DNA of 52,940 nt from a virus. Its lineage: Duplodnaviria; Caudoviricetes. Under the pieces are notes generated by a model. It saw nothing but the letters and a program-made list of their open reading frames with translations. It made no database searches and was not told the DNA's origin. The translations under genes and the position numbers were made by a program. Each line of letters begins with the position of its first letter. The first letter of the stretch is position 1. The stretch is taken from IMG/VR virus record IMGVR_UViG_3300032086_003216, positions 1-52,940 of that record; one strand, 5' to 3'. Positions 15,997 through 27,200 of this stretch are shown piece after piece.

Positions 15997-18900
15997 TTAT
16001 CCTCTTCGTTCTTTTACAACGAAAGAAGTTTTTATATCAATTTTGCGGCCAGTGTCTTTGGAACTCAATCTGATAAGAAACTTATTGTTCTCTACTTTGT
16101 TTTCCGAGTCAGACTCGACCAGGCTTTTTATGGAAGTAGTTATGTCACCCTCTGCTGCGGCAACGTATGGCAGCGACTGAATATCTGCTGCTTGCACTTC
16201 GATGTACCTAATCATTTCCTTCTCTGGTTTAGTTACCATTCTTTCCTTCAGTTTGACTTCTTCGATAACGTAGTAAGATCCAGCCTCTAGTGAATCTATC
16301 CTAACCCTGTATATCTCTGTTGGGTTTGAAACATTTTCGTGGACGTCGCCCATTCTAAAAGTATAGTAGTAGTTTACGTTTGGCTGTATATCGTCAATAA
16401 AATCAAATGATCTAGCATAGTTTCCACTCGGATCATCAGGATCTAGAGTTATATCTAAAACCTTGTGCAGCCTATTTTCAAAAGATCTATACAACGACTC
16501 GTATGAGGTAACATTCATATCAAGTTCTGTTGTTCTAAAAATCTCTACCTTTTTTATCTCTTCTGCACCTTCCGACCTAAACTCCATGTGACCCTTGGGT
16601 AGAGTAAAGTTTTCAACATTCCTTTGTACGTCAGAAATTATTCTATTTCTTTCCTCGTCTCCAGGCATGATGGAAATATATGGGACTGTATTCTTACGGG
16701 TTAGTTCACCAATTTTAGGAGAAAAATTCATTAGAATTTTATTTTTGTCCCCCTGGAAGGGGAATATTGATGACTCAGGCGGCAGCGGTGGTCTATCATA
16801 TACAGCAGCTATGGGATAAGATACTCCGCCCATTTGTCCAGCTTGAAGTTGCTGGAATTGCTGTGCGTTGTCTGTAACACCCGCTGCGGCAGCAAGAGCT
16901 ATTGTATTATCAAAAGAGTAGATCGGATACTCTATAACTTTTAAGTTTGGAAGGGTTTCAACATTAAAAGAGAAGGATACCCGCTTGTCAAAATAAGGCT
17001 GCAAAGAACCTTCGTCATTTGGATTCCAAGGTCGTCCTCGAACCCCTGTTGCTGGTCCTGGATATTCTGCCCATCTATTTCTGAACCTGAACGTGGAGCC
17101 ATACACTATGTCGTACCCAAACAATTCAAAAAGATAGTTTTTACCATATTTTACCTGCGTGTCCACAAACTTAATAATTCTTGTTCTTGATCCCGCTGGG
17201 AAAAAGTAGTTTTGCAAAACATCCCCTGTTTGGAAATCTCTTTTGACAAGTTTATAGATTATTGTTTCGTTATCAGCTACCAATTTTGATTTTGTTACCA
17301 CCAAGTCTTGGTACTTGACCATGTTTTCTTGGCAAAGTCTTTCTGCATTTGTTCTAACTGATCTCAGAAATTCTTGTAACTCCCCAGTTCTAACAGGATT
17401 TAAGTTTTGCTGATTTGGACCCCTAAAAGATATCTTAGAGATTTGATCTGTTTGAGATGCTGGTGTCTCAGAAACGTTATCTAGCCATTCATTAAAATCA
17501 TATACCTTAAAAGCATTATTGTCTGACTTAGTGCGAACAAGTCTTGCTCCTATTTCTTGTGCGTTTGTTGTTCTTTCCCTGTCCCTTGAAATGCTAAAAG
17601 TATCTGTTGGGTCAAAATTAGTTGAAACAATCCCAGAAGAATTTATAGTAAAGTTAATATCTCTTGATGTTGTACTTAGCAAGCTATTTATCATACCTGT
17701 TGATTTAAAGCCTAAGTCAAAATCAACCTCTTCTGTTTCAGGGTTATCTAAAGATAATAGAGACTCACCTATTGGTCCTAATGTGTTATAGCATGGTACA
17801 CCAACCTCTATGTACATAGGAAAATAAGTCCTAAGCTTGTAAAAATTATCATACATCTGCAACTCGTCAGGCGATGTTGCTAAATTGTAAAAATCTCTGT
17901 TTAGTCTACTAGTAAAATCAATTGTGACATTGCTGCCCTGGACTGCCTGGGCATATTCGTTCAAAAACTGTTGGAAAGATTCTCTCTCCTCTTCTTCATT
18001 GTCTAGCCCGCCCAGGGCTTTCAAAGTAAAGTTTTCGAACTGATCCAGTGTTATAAGTTTATCATAAAGGCGGACTCTTTGAGACCCGTCTCCCACAAAC
18101 GCAGCCTGACGCTGGTCACGACGGCCGCCGAATTCGATTGTCAATATTTCACTGCGAACAGGATCATTAATATCATAAGCGGGTATATCCTGACTATTCC
18201 CTGTTGCCAATTCATATATGTACATGTTTGGCAATAAAGCCTCTGGCATTTGTTGGCTGGCCGCCTCGTAAGCTCCGTTATAGTAAGAATACTCTGGGTT
18301 GATGTATCCACCTATGGAGTCTATGAGTTCGCCTGCGAAAGAGTTATCGACACGACCAAACTGACCTGCTATTCGATTTCTTAGGGTTCTCGGCGGTGGC
18401 ATTAAGAACTCGCCAGGAGCGAGATCTAAGAGATCCGTAAATCTGTCTCTAGTCCACGGATTTTGTGAAACAAAATTATAAAACTCAAAGTCTACAAAGT
18501 TGTTTAATTGATCTGCAAAAAGCCCTCTTCGGTCACCCATGCTAGCTCGTCCATACAAATCAAATAATTCATTAGCTCGATCTCTTCCTAAAGACTGGGC
18601 TGCGGAGCCTGCGATTGAAAACATCATCGTATTCAGCGATAAAAGTCTTGGTAACTTATCTTCTATACTATCTTCTGAAAGAATATTTGCCCTGCACAAA
18701 AGATAGACATCATATAAGCTGCATTGAACTGATCGTAGTTGATCTGGTGTGGTACCTTCTCTATTGGTAATCTGAAAGTTTACGTCACGTCCTAGTTCTA
18801 CTGTGGTGGATCCTAATTCAGTAACCGATAATTCTTTTCCGTATTCTCTATCCTCTCCTGAAAATCCAGCGATTGTCAATAACTGACTAACTCGCAAATC

Positions 18901-19893
18901 ATCATATCGATACAATCCGCCATCACCTCGGCTTCTAAGATATCCTACATAATCTTCTGGTAACGACGGGGTTGTGTCTAAACTCACAGGAGAAGAATTA
19001 TTAGCTAGGTCAATTAATGCCTTAGCTACGTTAAAAATGAGCCCTTGGTTATCTTGATCTGGTTGGTTTTGTTGTCCTTGCCCAGGAGTCCTAACAGGTT
19101 GAGGTAATCTGTTTCGGAAAACTAATTGTTTCCTGAGCGGTTTTTTATTTGGGGCTTGAGCATCCCAAGCACCATATTCTGGAGAAAGAGCATAAACAGG
19201 TTGAGCTTCATCTCCATCTATATGATTAACTGCTAGCGCCCATTGTAAAGCGCTATCATTCTCTTCTCTTGGCGACGGCGAGTTGTTGGACGGGGGTGGG
19301 TTTGTTTTCGCCCACACTCTTCGTCGTGGATTTCTTTCGCTAACAGAGCCAGGCAAGTTCCATATAATATTGACAGATCCTTGCGGCTCGTAAGTCCTAG
19401 CGTTAGTAGAAATAATCCCACTTTCATTATAGCCTGAAAAGCGTGGCTCTTCATCTACCCCTATTATGCTAGAACGATAAAAGTTTGCACCTGGGTCATT
19501 AGGTATGTTTTCTCCCAATTTAAGAAACAACCTTATGGGATCCATCTGCGCAACTGGTGCTTGAAACTGTTGTGCCGTAAGATCTCTTTCTTCGGTTATA
19601 AGATTTTTTGCAGACATCACACTATATGATGTAATGTTTCCTGGTGCCGTTTGAAAAATGTCACTCTTTGTTGCAGGACCACTTGGGTACCGATTTTCAA
19701 TACTCCTTAGGTCTGTTGCCCCTCTTGCAATATCATTTGCTGCTAGAATCGCAAGAGTTTCTTCAATAATTCTGCTAATTCCTTCACGATTTTGACCGCT
19801 AGAGAATTGCTCTATCTGTCGTCTTATTCTATTTATGTTTTCATCTACACCAGCGTTTTCTAATTGCTCTGGGTTGATTGGGGGAATAGTCAT
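15997..19893 (-). CDS. Large hypothetical protein, probably virion-associated
   Basis: 1298-aa ORF in the tail module; beta-rich FVDTQVKYGKNYLFEL and FIDDIQPNVNYYYTFR segments suggest Fn3/Ig-like folds. Confidence 0.6.
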   Translation of the reverse strand: MTIPPINPEQLENAGVDENINRIRRQIEQFSSGQNREGISRIIEETLAILAANDIARGATDLRSIENRYPSGPATKSDIFQTAPGNITSYSVMSAKNLITEERDLTAQQFQAPVAQMDPIRLFLKLGENIPNDPGANFYRSSIIGVDEEPRFSGYNESGIISTNARTYEPQGSVNIIWNLPGSVSERNPRRRVWAKTNPPPSNNSPSPREENDSALQWALAVNHIDGDEAQPVYALSPEYGAWDAQAPNKKPLRKQLVFRNRLPQPVRTPGQGQQNQPDQDNQGLIFNVAKALIDLANNSSPVSLDTTPSLPEDYVGYLRSRGDGGLYRYDDLRVSQLLTIAGFSGEDREYGKELSVTELGSTTVELGRDVNFQITNREGTTPDQLRSVQCSLYDVYLLCRANILSEDSIEDKLPRLLSLNTMMFSIAGSAAQSLGRDRANELFDLYGRASMGDRRGLFADQLNNFVDFEFYNFVSQNPWTRDRFTDLLDLAPGEFLMPPPRTLRNRIAGQFGRVDNSFAGELIDSIGGYINPEYSYYNGAYEAASQQMPEALLPNMYIYELATGNSQDIPAYDINDPVRSEILTIEFGGRRDQRQAAFVGDGSQRVRLYDKLITLDQFENFTLKALGGLDNEEEERESFQQFLNEYAQAVQGSNVTIDFTSRLNRDFYNLATSPDELQMYDNFYKLRTYFPMYIEVGVPCYNTLGPIGESLLSLDNPETEEVDFDLGFKSTGMINSLLSTTSRDINFTINSSGIVSTNFDPTDTFSISRDRERTTNAQEIGARLVRTKSDNNAFKVYDFNEWLDNVSETPASQTDQISKISFRGPNQQNLNPVRTGELQEFLRSVRTNAERLCQENMVKYQDLVVTKSKLVADNETIIYKLVKRDFQTGDVLQNYFFPAGSRTRIIKFVDTQVKYGKNYLFELFGYDIVYGSTFRFRNRWAEYPGPATGVRGRPWNPNDEGSLQPYFDKRVSFSFNVETLPNLKVIEYPIYSFDNTIALAAAAGVTDNAQQFQQLQAGQMGGVSYPIAAVYDRPPLPPESSIFPFQGDKNKILMNFSPKIGELTRKNTVPYISIMPGDEERNRIISDVQRNVENFTLPKGHMEFRSEGAEEIKKVEIFRTTELDMNVTSYESLYRSFENRLHKVLDITLDPDDPSGNYARSFDFIDDIQPNVNYYYTFRMGDVHENVSNPTEIYRVRIDSLEAGSYYVIEEVKLKERMVTKPEKEMIRYIEVQAADIQSLPYVAAAEGDITTSIKSLVESDSENKVENNKFLIRLSSKDTGRKIDIKTSFVVKERRG

Positions 19894-19895
19894 TG

Positions 19896-22800
19896 TTACC
19901 CTTCCTCTGGCATCAACATGAAGTACTTGTTATAAATAGGTAGGTCAAATAAATCTACATGGTCAACTGGCATTTCTGCTTGAACGTCTTCTTTGCTAAT
20001 GCTTCTTATTCGGCATAAAAACTTTCTGTCTTCATTGTCACGATAAAAATCTGTGCTGAACTTTTTCCAGATCGGCAACAACTTTTTATCTTGTGAACTA
20101 GAGCTTACGTCAGAATCGCTTAAGTTTTCAAACCCAGCCAAATACTCAAGGGTTCCTACCTGCTTGTAGTTCATCCAGAAAGTTAAGAACTTTGCATAAA
20201 CTTTCATTGGGTCTTTGGCATTTTTATAAGGAGGGAATGCATCACCATCATAAATATTGGTTATTACTTTGTCAACAGAGGAAACATCTTGATCTTCAAG
20301 AAGAAACCTCTTTGCATCAAACCCACTACCCAATGATAATCTATCACCAGAACTTGCAATGACTATCATCGACTTGTACTGGTTTGGTATTTCAGATAAA
20401 TCGCCCTCTAAAGTTGATTTTATATTTTCTGACGTAATCTTCAGTATGTTGCTGATATTAGCTAAAGAATTGTAAGTTTTGTTCTCATATTGTTCGTCGT
20501 CTTTTTGTATTGGATTAAAGTGCAACTCGCCTAGAATATTGAACATCAACTTAGTTGGAGGTTTACTATTTTTTGTTGCTTTTGTTGCTTCCTTGTCCAA
20601 AAAGTCAACCTGACCAAAGTTCTTTGGTTTAAGGGGAGTGTCAGACAAACCAAAATAATTCTTGCTGGAATCGCTTTCGTCTGTTTCACCACCTAAAAAT
20701 AGTTTAAAAAGTTCTGGTGGTTGATCTAAGTTAGCTCTTGATATTAGTGTTTTTTCTTTTTGCTTACCTGCTGGTGACTTGATAACATTACCAACTTTAT
20801 AAGTCTCAAACTCTTCTGTAGTACCATCTGTAACAACACAATCCTCCATTATTAAGCTCTCTCTAAGGCTCGTGTTTATGTCCATTTGCTCCATCTGAAG
20901 AAATGGCGAATGGTTTTGTGTTTCTTTCTTAAGCTTATAGATGTCCAGGAATAAAGATGCATACTCGTTTATGTCATATCTCGCAGAGTTAGTTTGAACA
21001 TCATAATATGATGGCTGATTTATGGTCTTTTTCCCAAAGACCTTTATGTCCCTCGGTGTATAAAAACTAATCGTTGAATTACCATATGTGCCGTCAATAC
21101 TATCAACAAGCGATGGAGCCTGAGATTCGTTTGCGTATTGTCCAAAATACTTGTTGAATTCTTCGGTAAACCTATTTTGTAAAACTGATCTGCTGTACTG
21201 TGGTAATCCAGCTATTGCCTGATCATAGTCTCCGCCTATATAATCATACCCAGTTTGATATAAATTTCCGTATTCTATAGCATCTGAGAAGAAATGAGTT
21301 TTCTCTAGCAAAACAAACTTAGTTTGCATAAACCCTCGTTGACGGAGAGTAGATCTTTCTACATTGCCTGTCTGTCTAATTCCATTTGGTAACTCAGCGC
21401 TTAGCAGTTTCTCAATTGAAAAATTCAGCTTTTCAATAAAAGATGATATTTCTAAAATGCCATCTACCTTTGGAGTATTTGCTAAAGAATATAATGCTAA
21501 GCCAATTTCTGTTTCAAGAGGATTCAATATCAAACTTGGCGGTATGAGTTCAAACTTTTGAGCGTAAGAAATATATTTTGTTATAACTCTCGTAACTATG
21601 TCGTCCGCTGTTTCTGATCCGATCCCAATCCTGGAAAGGGGCACAATCCTTTTGTTGCCAAGAGCATTGAGTAAGCCTCTACCATTGACAATCACTCCTC
21701 CAGGTGGTGGTCCTTCGTTCAGATTGTTTGGTTGAGAGTTTACAACTACATCATAAATTTTTTGAATATCTTTAGCCATCTCATTCAAGTCTGCCATCAC
21801 TCTTTCGAGAAATAACAAAGAGGGATCCGTCACAGAAATCTTCACACCATATTGGAATTTAGACAAGGATTGAGTCTTCCTGTTTTCAGAACACTCATCA
21901 ACACCCTCATAGAATAAAATCGAACTATTATTTTGTGAGTCTTCTAAGAAAATATTATCTACCAAATTTGGTATTGTTACAATCTCTTCTGGATAAGTGG
22001 CACTTGGCTGTATCTTTTTATTTCTTGTCGAAGTTCCGATGTCACTTAGGGAACCATATGACTCAAACTCGACCTGTCTTTTTTTCATGCAAATATATTT
22101 TACTGAAACTCTCTCAAAATCTTGTATTAATTCTCCACCATTAATAAGCTCTTGTGCAATTAGGTTCTTAGAGTAGAGAACAGGAAAAGAGCTTTCCTTT
22201 AGCAGGAAAGACCTAAGATCGTAAGAAAAAATAAATCTCTTTATGTCCGCATCACTTCTTGTTATCCACAATTTTGAAAAACAATTTGTATCTTTTATTA
22301 TGTCAATTGTTGGTTTTTGATTTGGGTCAACACTTAGTAGCCTCTTGAGACGATCCAACTCGTTTACGTTTTGAGATAGCTTAGTCGAGGGGTTTGATTG
22401 ATCAATTACCTTAGTGGCTCTAGTGTCATTTAGGATTCCAGAGTTATCCACTCTTCTAGAATTTTGCCCCTGAGGACCGAAGGCTGCCGCACCTCTTGGC
22501 TGCATATCAAAACTATATTCATTACCAGATATTGTTTTAGAATCAACAAAGCCAGACGATGTCTGCAAAGAATAAAAAACACTGTTCTTACTATTGTCAC
22601 TATTTTCTTCAGTCGCATCATAGTAAACAAAGCAATATAAACTGAGGTTGCCGTTGAGAGATTTACTGGGAACATTAAACATAATTGGCTTCAAACCAGC
22701 TTTACCAATGCTGTCATCCTTAGTTACACTTGGAAGACCTTTTGCATCCCTTTCTAAATACTCAAAGGCTGAAACGTCTGTGACCACCACATCATTCAGG

Positions 22801-23324
22801 GTTTGGCGGACGGAACTTACTGAATCATCTCCATAAGTTACTATTTTTTCTTCGCTTCCTTTTATTAACCTAGTAATTTCACTAACAGAAAAAGGACCGA
22901 GAGGATTCAGGATGTTTGATATATTAACACCTCGAACACTATACTGGCTCATGCTGGCGAGGAATGCTCTTGCACCACTTACCCCTGTAGTAGACATCAT
23001 TTCTGCTTGGTATTCATTTATTCTTTGAGCAACAAAATCAAGAGCAGCACCAGTTTCATCGCCATAGGATGCAATCAATCTAACTCTATATTTTTTATTT
23101 CTTTTTGAAGGCGTAAGAAACCACCAGTCGGGATCAAGTGCTTCTTTTACATTTTGCGTAAAACAAAGGTCAACGGAAACTTTAGATGTTTCATCGCCGT
23201 TATCTTCGATGGTCACATCATCCACTTGAACTGATGGCATAGTATTCGATAAAAACTGCTGTTCCGAGGCTCTTATGAGCCCCAAGTTATTTATTGGAAA
23301 TACGTTGAATTTTTTATTTAGCAT
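19896..23324 (-). CDS. Large hypothetical protein, probably virion-associated
   Basis: 1142-aa ORF closely packed with its neighbours; no motif recognised. Confidence 0.55.
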   Translation of the reverse strand: MLNKKFNVFPINNLGLIRASEQQFLSNTMPSVQVDDVTIEDNGDETSKVSVDLCFTQNVKEALDPDWWFLTPSKRNKKYRVRLIASYGDETGAALDFVAQRINEYQAEMMSTTGVSGARAFLASMSQYSVRGVNISNILNPLGPFSVSEITRLIKGSEEKIVTYGDDSVSSVRQTLNDVVVTDVSAFEYLERDAKGLPSVTKDDSIGKAGLKPIMFNVPSKSLNGNLSLYCFVYYDATEENSDNSKNSVFYSLQTSSGFVDSKTISGNEYSFDMQPRGAAAFGPQGQNSRRVDNSGILNDTRATKVIDQSNPSTKLSQNVNELDRLKRLLSVDPNQKPTIDIIKDTNCFSKLWITRSDADIKRFIFSYDLRSFLLKESSFPVLYSKNLIAQELINGGELIQDFERVSVKYICMKKRQVEFESYGSLSDIGTSTRNKKIQPSATYPEEIVTIPNLVDNIFLEDSQNNSSILFYEGVDECSENRKTQSLSKFQYGVKISVTDPSLLFLERVMADLNEMAKDIQKIYDVVVNSQPNNLNEGPPPGGVIVNGRGLLNALGNKRIVPLSRIGIGSETADDIVTRVITKYISYAQKFELIPPSLILNPLETEIGLALYSLANTPKVDGILEISSFIEKLNFSIEKLLSAELPNGIRQTGNVERSTLRQRGFMQTKFVLLEKTHFFSDAIEYGNLYQTGYDYIGGDYDQAIAGLPQYSRSVLQNRFTEEFNKYFGQYANESQAPSLVDSIDGTYGNSTISFYTPRDIKVFGKKTINQPSYYDVQTNSARYDINEYASLFLDIYKLKKETQNHSPFLQMEQMDINTSLRESLIMEDCVVTDGTTEEFETYKVGNVIKSPAGKQKEKTLISRANLDQPPELFKLFLGGETDESDSSKNYFGLSDTPLKPKNFGQVDFLDKEATKATKNSKPPTKLMFNILGELHFNPIQKDDEQYENKTYNSLANISNILKITSENIKSTLEGDLSEIPNQYKSMIVIASSGDRLSLGSGFDAKRFLLEDQDVSSVDKVITNIYDGDAFPPYKNAKDPMKVYAKFLTFWMNYKQVGTLEYLAGFENLSDSDVSSSSQDKKLLPIWKKFSTDFYRDNEDRKFLCRIRSISKEDVQAEMPVDHVDLFDLPIYNKYFMLMPEEG

Positions 23325-24253
23325 TCTTCAGGTCCAACCACCTTGCCAGATTTGTATAACGTGTCGCCATCTATGGGCTTATCAAATTCAATCTCATCGT
23401 CCACACGAATAGATAAATAATACTCTACAAATTCAGGTCCAATCATAGGAAAATTTCTTTCAACCTGTTCCTCTGTTCCATTTAAGTATCTTGCAAATAC
23501 ATCAATGTTTTGTTGTGACATCAAGTCTTCTGCAACACTAGATTTTTCATTTATAAAGTATAGCTTTTCTAAGCTTTCCTCGCCTTGTTCAGACTCTATA
23601 ATTTTGTACACTTCAATATCAAAATTACTATTAGATTTTAGCAATGTGTTGATTTCTTTTACATCGAGCAAAATTGTATCTGATCTTGTCAGATCATAAA
23701 CATCTATTTCAACATCTTGTTGGTTATCGTTTGTTTGCAAAATAGTTGAAACATCATATTCAATATTCAGACTTGAGGTCAGGGTTGGTATTCCTAATGA
23801 TTTATAAGATATTGTACCAGAAAACGGCGTTCCATTCTCCATACACTTGATGTCCCAAGCTGGCATAAAATCATCCCACGGACTGCTAGTTCCTATCATT
23901 TTGAAATATTTTTCATTTCCTGGGTTGACATTGTTAGAGGATATGTTATTTACATTTGTTGTTGCCTCAGAACTTGCGCCCATGCTTGACGTAAAATGTA
24001 CTATGTTTTCTAGTCTCTGTGTTTCCTTGATTCTGGCTACAACATTGTTTTGCTCTTCATAAAGACCCTTTGATCCTGCATCGCCGTCACCGTTCCTGTC
24101 AGGCGGAGACGAATATATTGAATCATACAAAATATCGTCATCCAAAAAAGAATAATAGGTTGGCGCAAACTCTCCTCTAGAGAATTTATGCTTCCCGTAA
24201 GCAGTAAGGTCAATTTGAATTACTTCTTCTTTTTTGTTAATAAACTTTGCCAT
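23318..24253 (-). CDS. Virion structural protein with an N-terminus related to 14856-15899
   Basis: VIQIDLTAYGKHKFSRGEFAPTYYSFLDDDILYD parallels ILDAVLTDTGRKRLA...FALADDEIDY. Confidence 0.6.
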   Translation of the reverse strand: MAKFINKKEEVIQIDLTAYGKHKFSRGEFAPTYYSFLDDDILYDSIYSSPPDRNGDGDAGSKGLYEEQNNVVARIKETQRLENIVHFTSSMGASSEATTNVNNISSNNVNPGNEKYFKMIGTSSPWDDFMPAWDIKCMENGTPFSGTISYKSLGIPTLTSSLNIEYDVSTILQTNDNQQDVEIDVYDLTRSDTILLDVKEINTLLKSNSNFDIEVYKIIESEQGEESLEKLYFINEKSSVAEDLMSQQNIDVFARYLNGTEEQVERNFPMIGPEFVEYYLSIRVDDEIEFDKPIDGDTLYKSGKVVGPEEC

Positions 24254-24283
24254 ACTTTAAATACTTACTAACTTAGATATTTG

Positions 24284-27200
24284 TTAGTATCCTCCAAAGT
24301 TTCCGCCGCCAAAACCACCGCCGCCAAAGTTATTTCCACCTCCGATGCGCCCAAGGTTAGCGACTGGGCTAACATTAGGGATGTTTGTACGTCGAAGACT
24401 AATATTAGGGCTAACTACTGGCACAGCATTTTGCTGCTGCCCTGTAGGTGCTGGTGCGGCAGCCTGTGCAATAGCTTGAGTATCAGGCACAACGTTTATG
24501 TTTTGGATCGCTGGCAGTACTGGTATTATTGGCGTTGCGATAGCTGGAGTGGCTAAAAGTTCTTGTCCAGCGGGAGGTGCTGGAGGAGCTATAGGCGGTG
24601 GTGCAAAGACCATATTCTGCATCATGTTTAGATTAGGCAGCAAAATATTGTCTGAACTTATATCATCAATGTCTATATTTGGCTGCGGGGCTTTAGACTT
24701 AGCGGTGGTAACTTTGCTTTCATCAAATTCTTCCACTTCTCTGTCAAGCTCTGGTCTAAAACCAACCTTTGTCGTTATCTTAGCGGACTCAATCAAGGAA
24801 CAGAAATCATACGGCCAGTTGAAAGTATTTCTACCTCGACCGAGTTCATCAATATGGTAAAGCCCCTTGGTGTAGACATTTTTCCTGTCTTCCAGATATC
24901 TTTTTTGTTCGGGTGGCAAATCATCTGCAATATATCCAAACATGTTTTCGAAAGATAGTGAGGCTGCACCATCATTGATTTCTTCTATCATCATGTTTGT
25001 ATAATCTGTTTGTCCACGTTCTTTGACTTTGAAAATAAACCAACGGATTTCTGGCTGGAATCCGTCTTGAATATTCATATCCTCTGTGTCAATAAGATCT
25101 GGTCTTGGGTGACCATTTCTAGGCAGCCCAAGTTCTAATTCTTTTTTCAATATCTCGGGGAATATTGTTTCTGTTTCTTCAGACCTTTCGCCAGGCATAT
25201 AGTGATCAATTGCTGTCACGCTTGTCTTCATGGAGTTTCCTATTTCAGGCATTATATTTTGCCATATGTCAGCAAGATCTTGCTTGCTAAGTTCAACCGT
25301 ATGTTCCATAAGGTAAACAATAGGAGCCCTTGCTAGTGTTAGTTCTCCTGAAGACAGCAAGGAATCATAATCGTCGCCGCCAAAAGGATTTATAAAGTTA
25401 GAAACTTTCGGGAAGTTTGGTGGCAACAAATTGACCAACGTTTTTCTCAGCGACGGCGGGAAAGAATACTTTGTAAAAGCTTGACGGAACTCTTTAATTT
25501 TTGGACCAAGCGAATCCTTTGGAGCTTTGAGCGTCATTGCTCTCATTTTATCAGTTTCACTATCGTAAAAATAAGGAATAGCAATGATAGCTTCAGACAT
25601 TGTTTTTTCGCCATCCTCAGCTAGTTCCCCCAAACGCTTTGCCCTTGTGGGATCCCACTCGTTTGCAGGCATAATTTCTTTTTCATCAAATCCAACCAGC
25701 GTTGCTAGCGAAGCAATCTCTCTTCCTGATTGTATGACAGAAAGAGGAACTTTCTTGACTGGTCTCACTTCCCCAGTAGCACTGGAGAATGATCCACCCC
25801 CAGAGCCTGTCGGGTTACCAACCAGCCTAAACTCTGTAGATTGATCATCAACGTCAGAAATATAGAGATATATACCCTCGTTCTCTTTTGGCATAAGCCC
25901 GTACTGGTGCCAGATACCTTTTGTTTCCATTTCATATTCGCCAACGTTGACACTAGACGAAAAATTATATGGATTAGATGTTGGGTCACCAGAGACACCA
26001 GAGCCGCTAAAGTCTAATATTGGACACTCCCACTTCGGCATAACAACCCACTTATTTGGATCTAACGGCTTAAGTTTTGAACCTGCGTCAGACGGGAAAA
26101 GATTATCTATAATAATAGAGGCATCAATATCCTGCCTATTTTGCCAAGCTCTGTTCCATTGATAGAATGGTACACCCGAAGTATCGACTTCACTATTCTG
26201 TAAATCCGCAAAAGATCCCGAGTCGAAATCATAATAATATCCGTTAGAGTTAACATATTGGACAGAAATCTCGCTACTATTCAATATCTCACTCAAGGAA
26301 ACTTCCTTGTTTGACGATGGTGTATAGGTTATGCGAACAAGACTTGGTCCATAATAGTACGTCGGGGTAAATGGCGCAAACTCACCACGGTGAAGAGGCC
26401 AGTTTTTCCCTTGAGGATAAGCACCCTCAGGAGAACTTGCTGTTGTTATTGGTTTTGCACTATTTTCTTCAGCAGCAGTATCCCAGCCATATGAACCTGT
26501 CGAGGTTGGAGGTCCGAAAGCATATGGATTGTTATAAAGGTTAAAGTTGTCTGTCTTTTTGAGTCCAATTTCCATAATGTAAGCCTTATTACTGCTCACA
26601 GGAATCCTATTTGGCTCGACCTGAGAAGTTTTTGACACACCAGCGGGATCGTTTTTAGAAGCTCTAGACGGGACATTTGCGACGAACTTAGTCATAAAGC
26701 CACCTTCTTTCTTCTCTTTCAAGAAGAATTGTGGGACATTTGCAACAAAGTTAGAAATTGACATTCTGTAAAGCAAATCGCTAAAGGTTTTTACTTTACC
26801 ATCAGTACCCAGTCTTGTCTCTTCTGTTCCATCAACACTGGCAGAAACATGAGTACCAGCATATAGGTTGTCATTGAAGTCTATATTTACAAGTCTGGTT
26901 TTACTTGTTCCGATATGTTCTAGTGGATTTAGTATTCCTTCAAACGGAATTACATCACCCCAAAAGAATTTTTGAGTATCTGAGTGGCTTACCCAATCAA
27001 AATTGGTTTGGTCCCCTTCAGTACGACGGCGACGGTTGCCTGGTATTTGTCCTGGTGCGCCGGCTGTAAAACCGGCGATACCATCACCAGCCCCTGCGCC
27101 TTTAACTATTGTATCTAGAGCCCCACTCAAACACCCGTGAAGTGGCGAAAAATAGTTTGATACTACAAATTGACCACTGGACATTGATAACATGGAAGAA

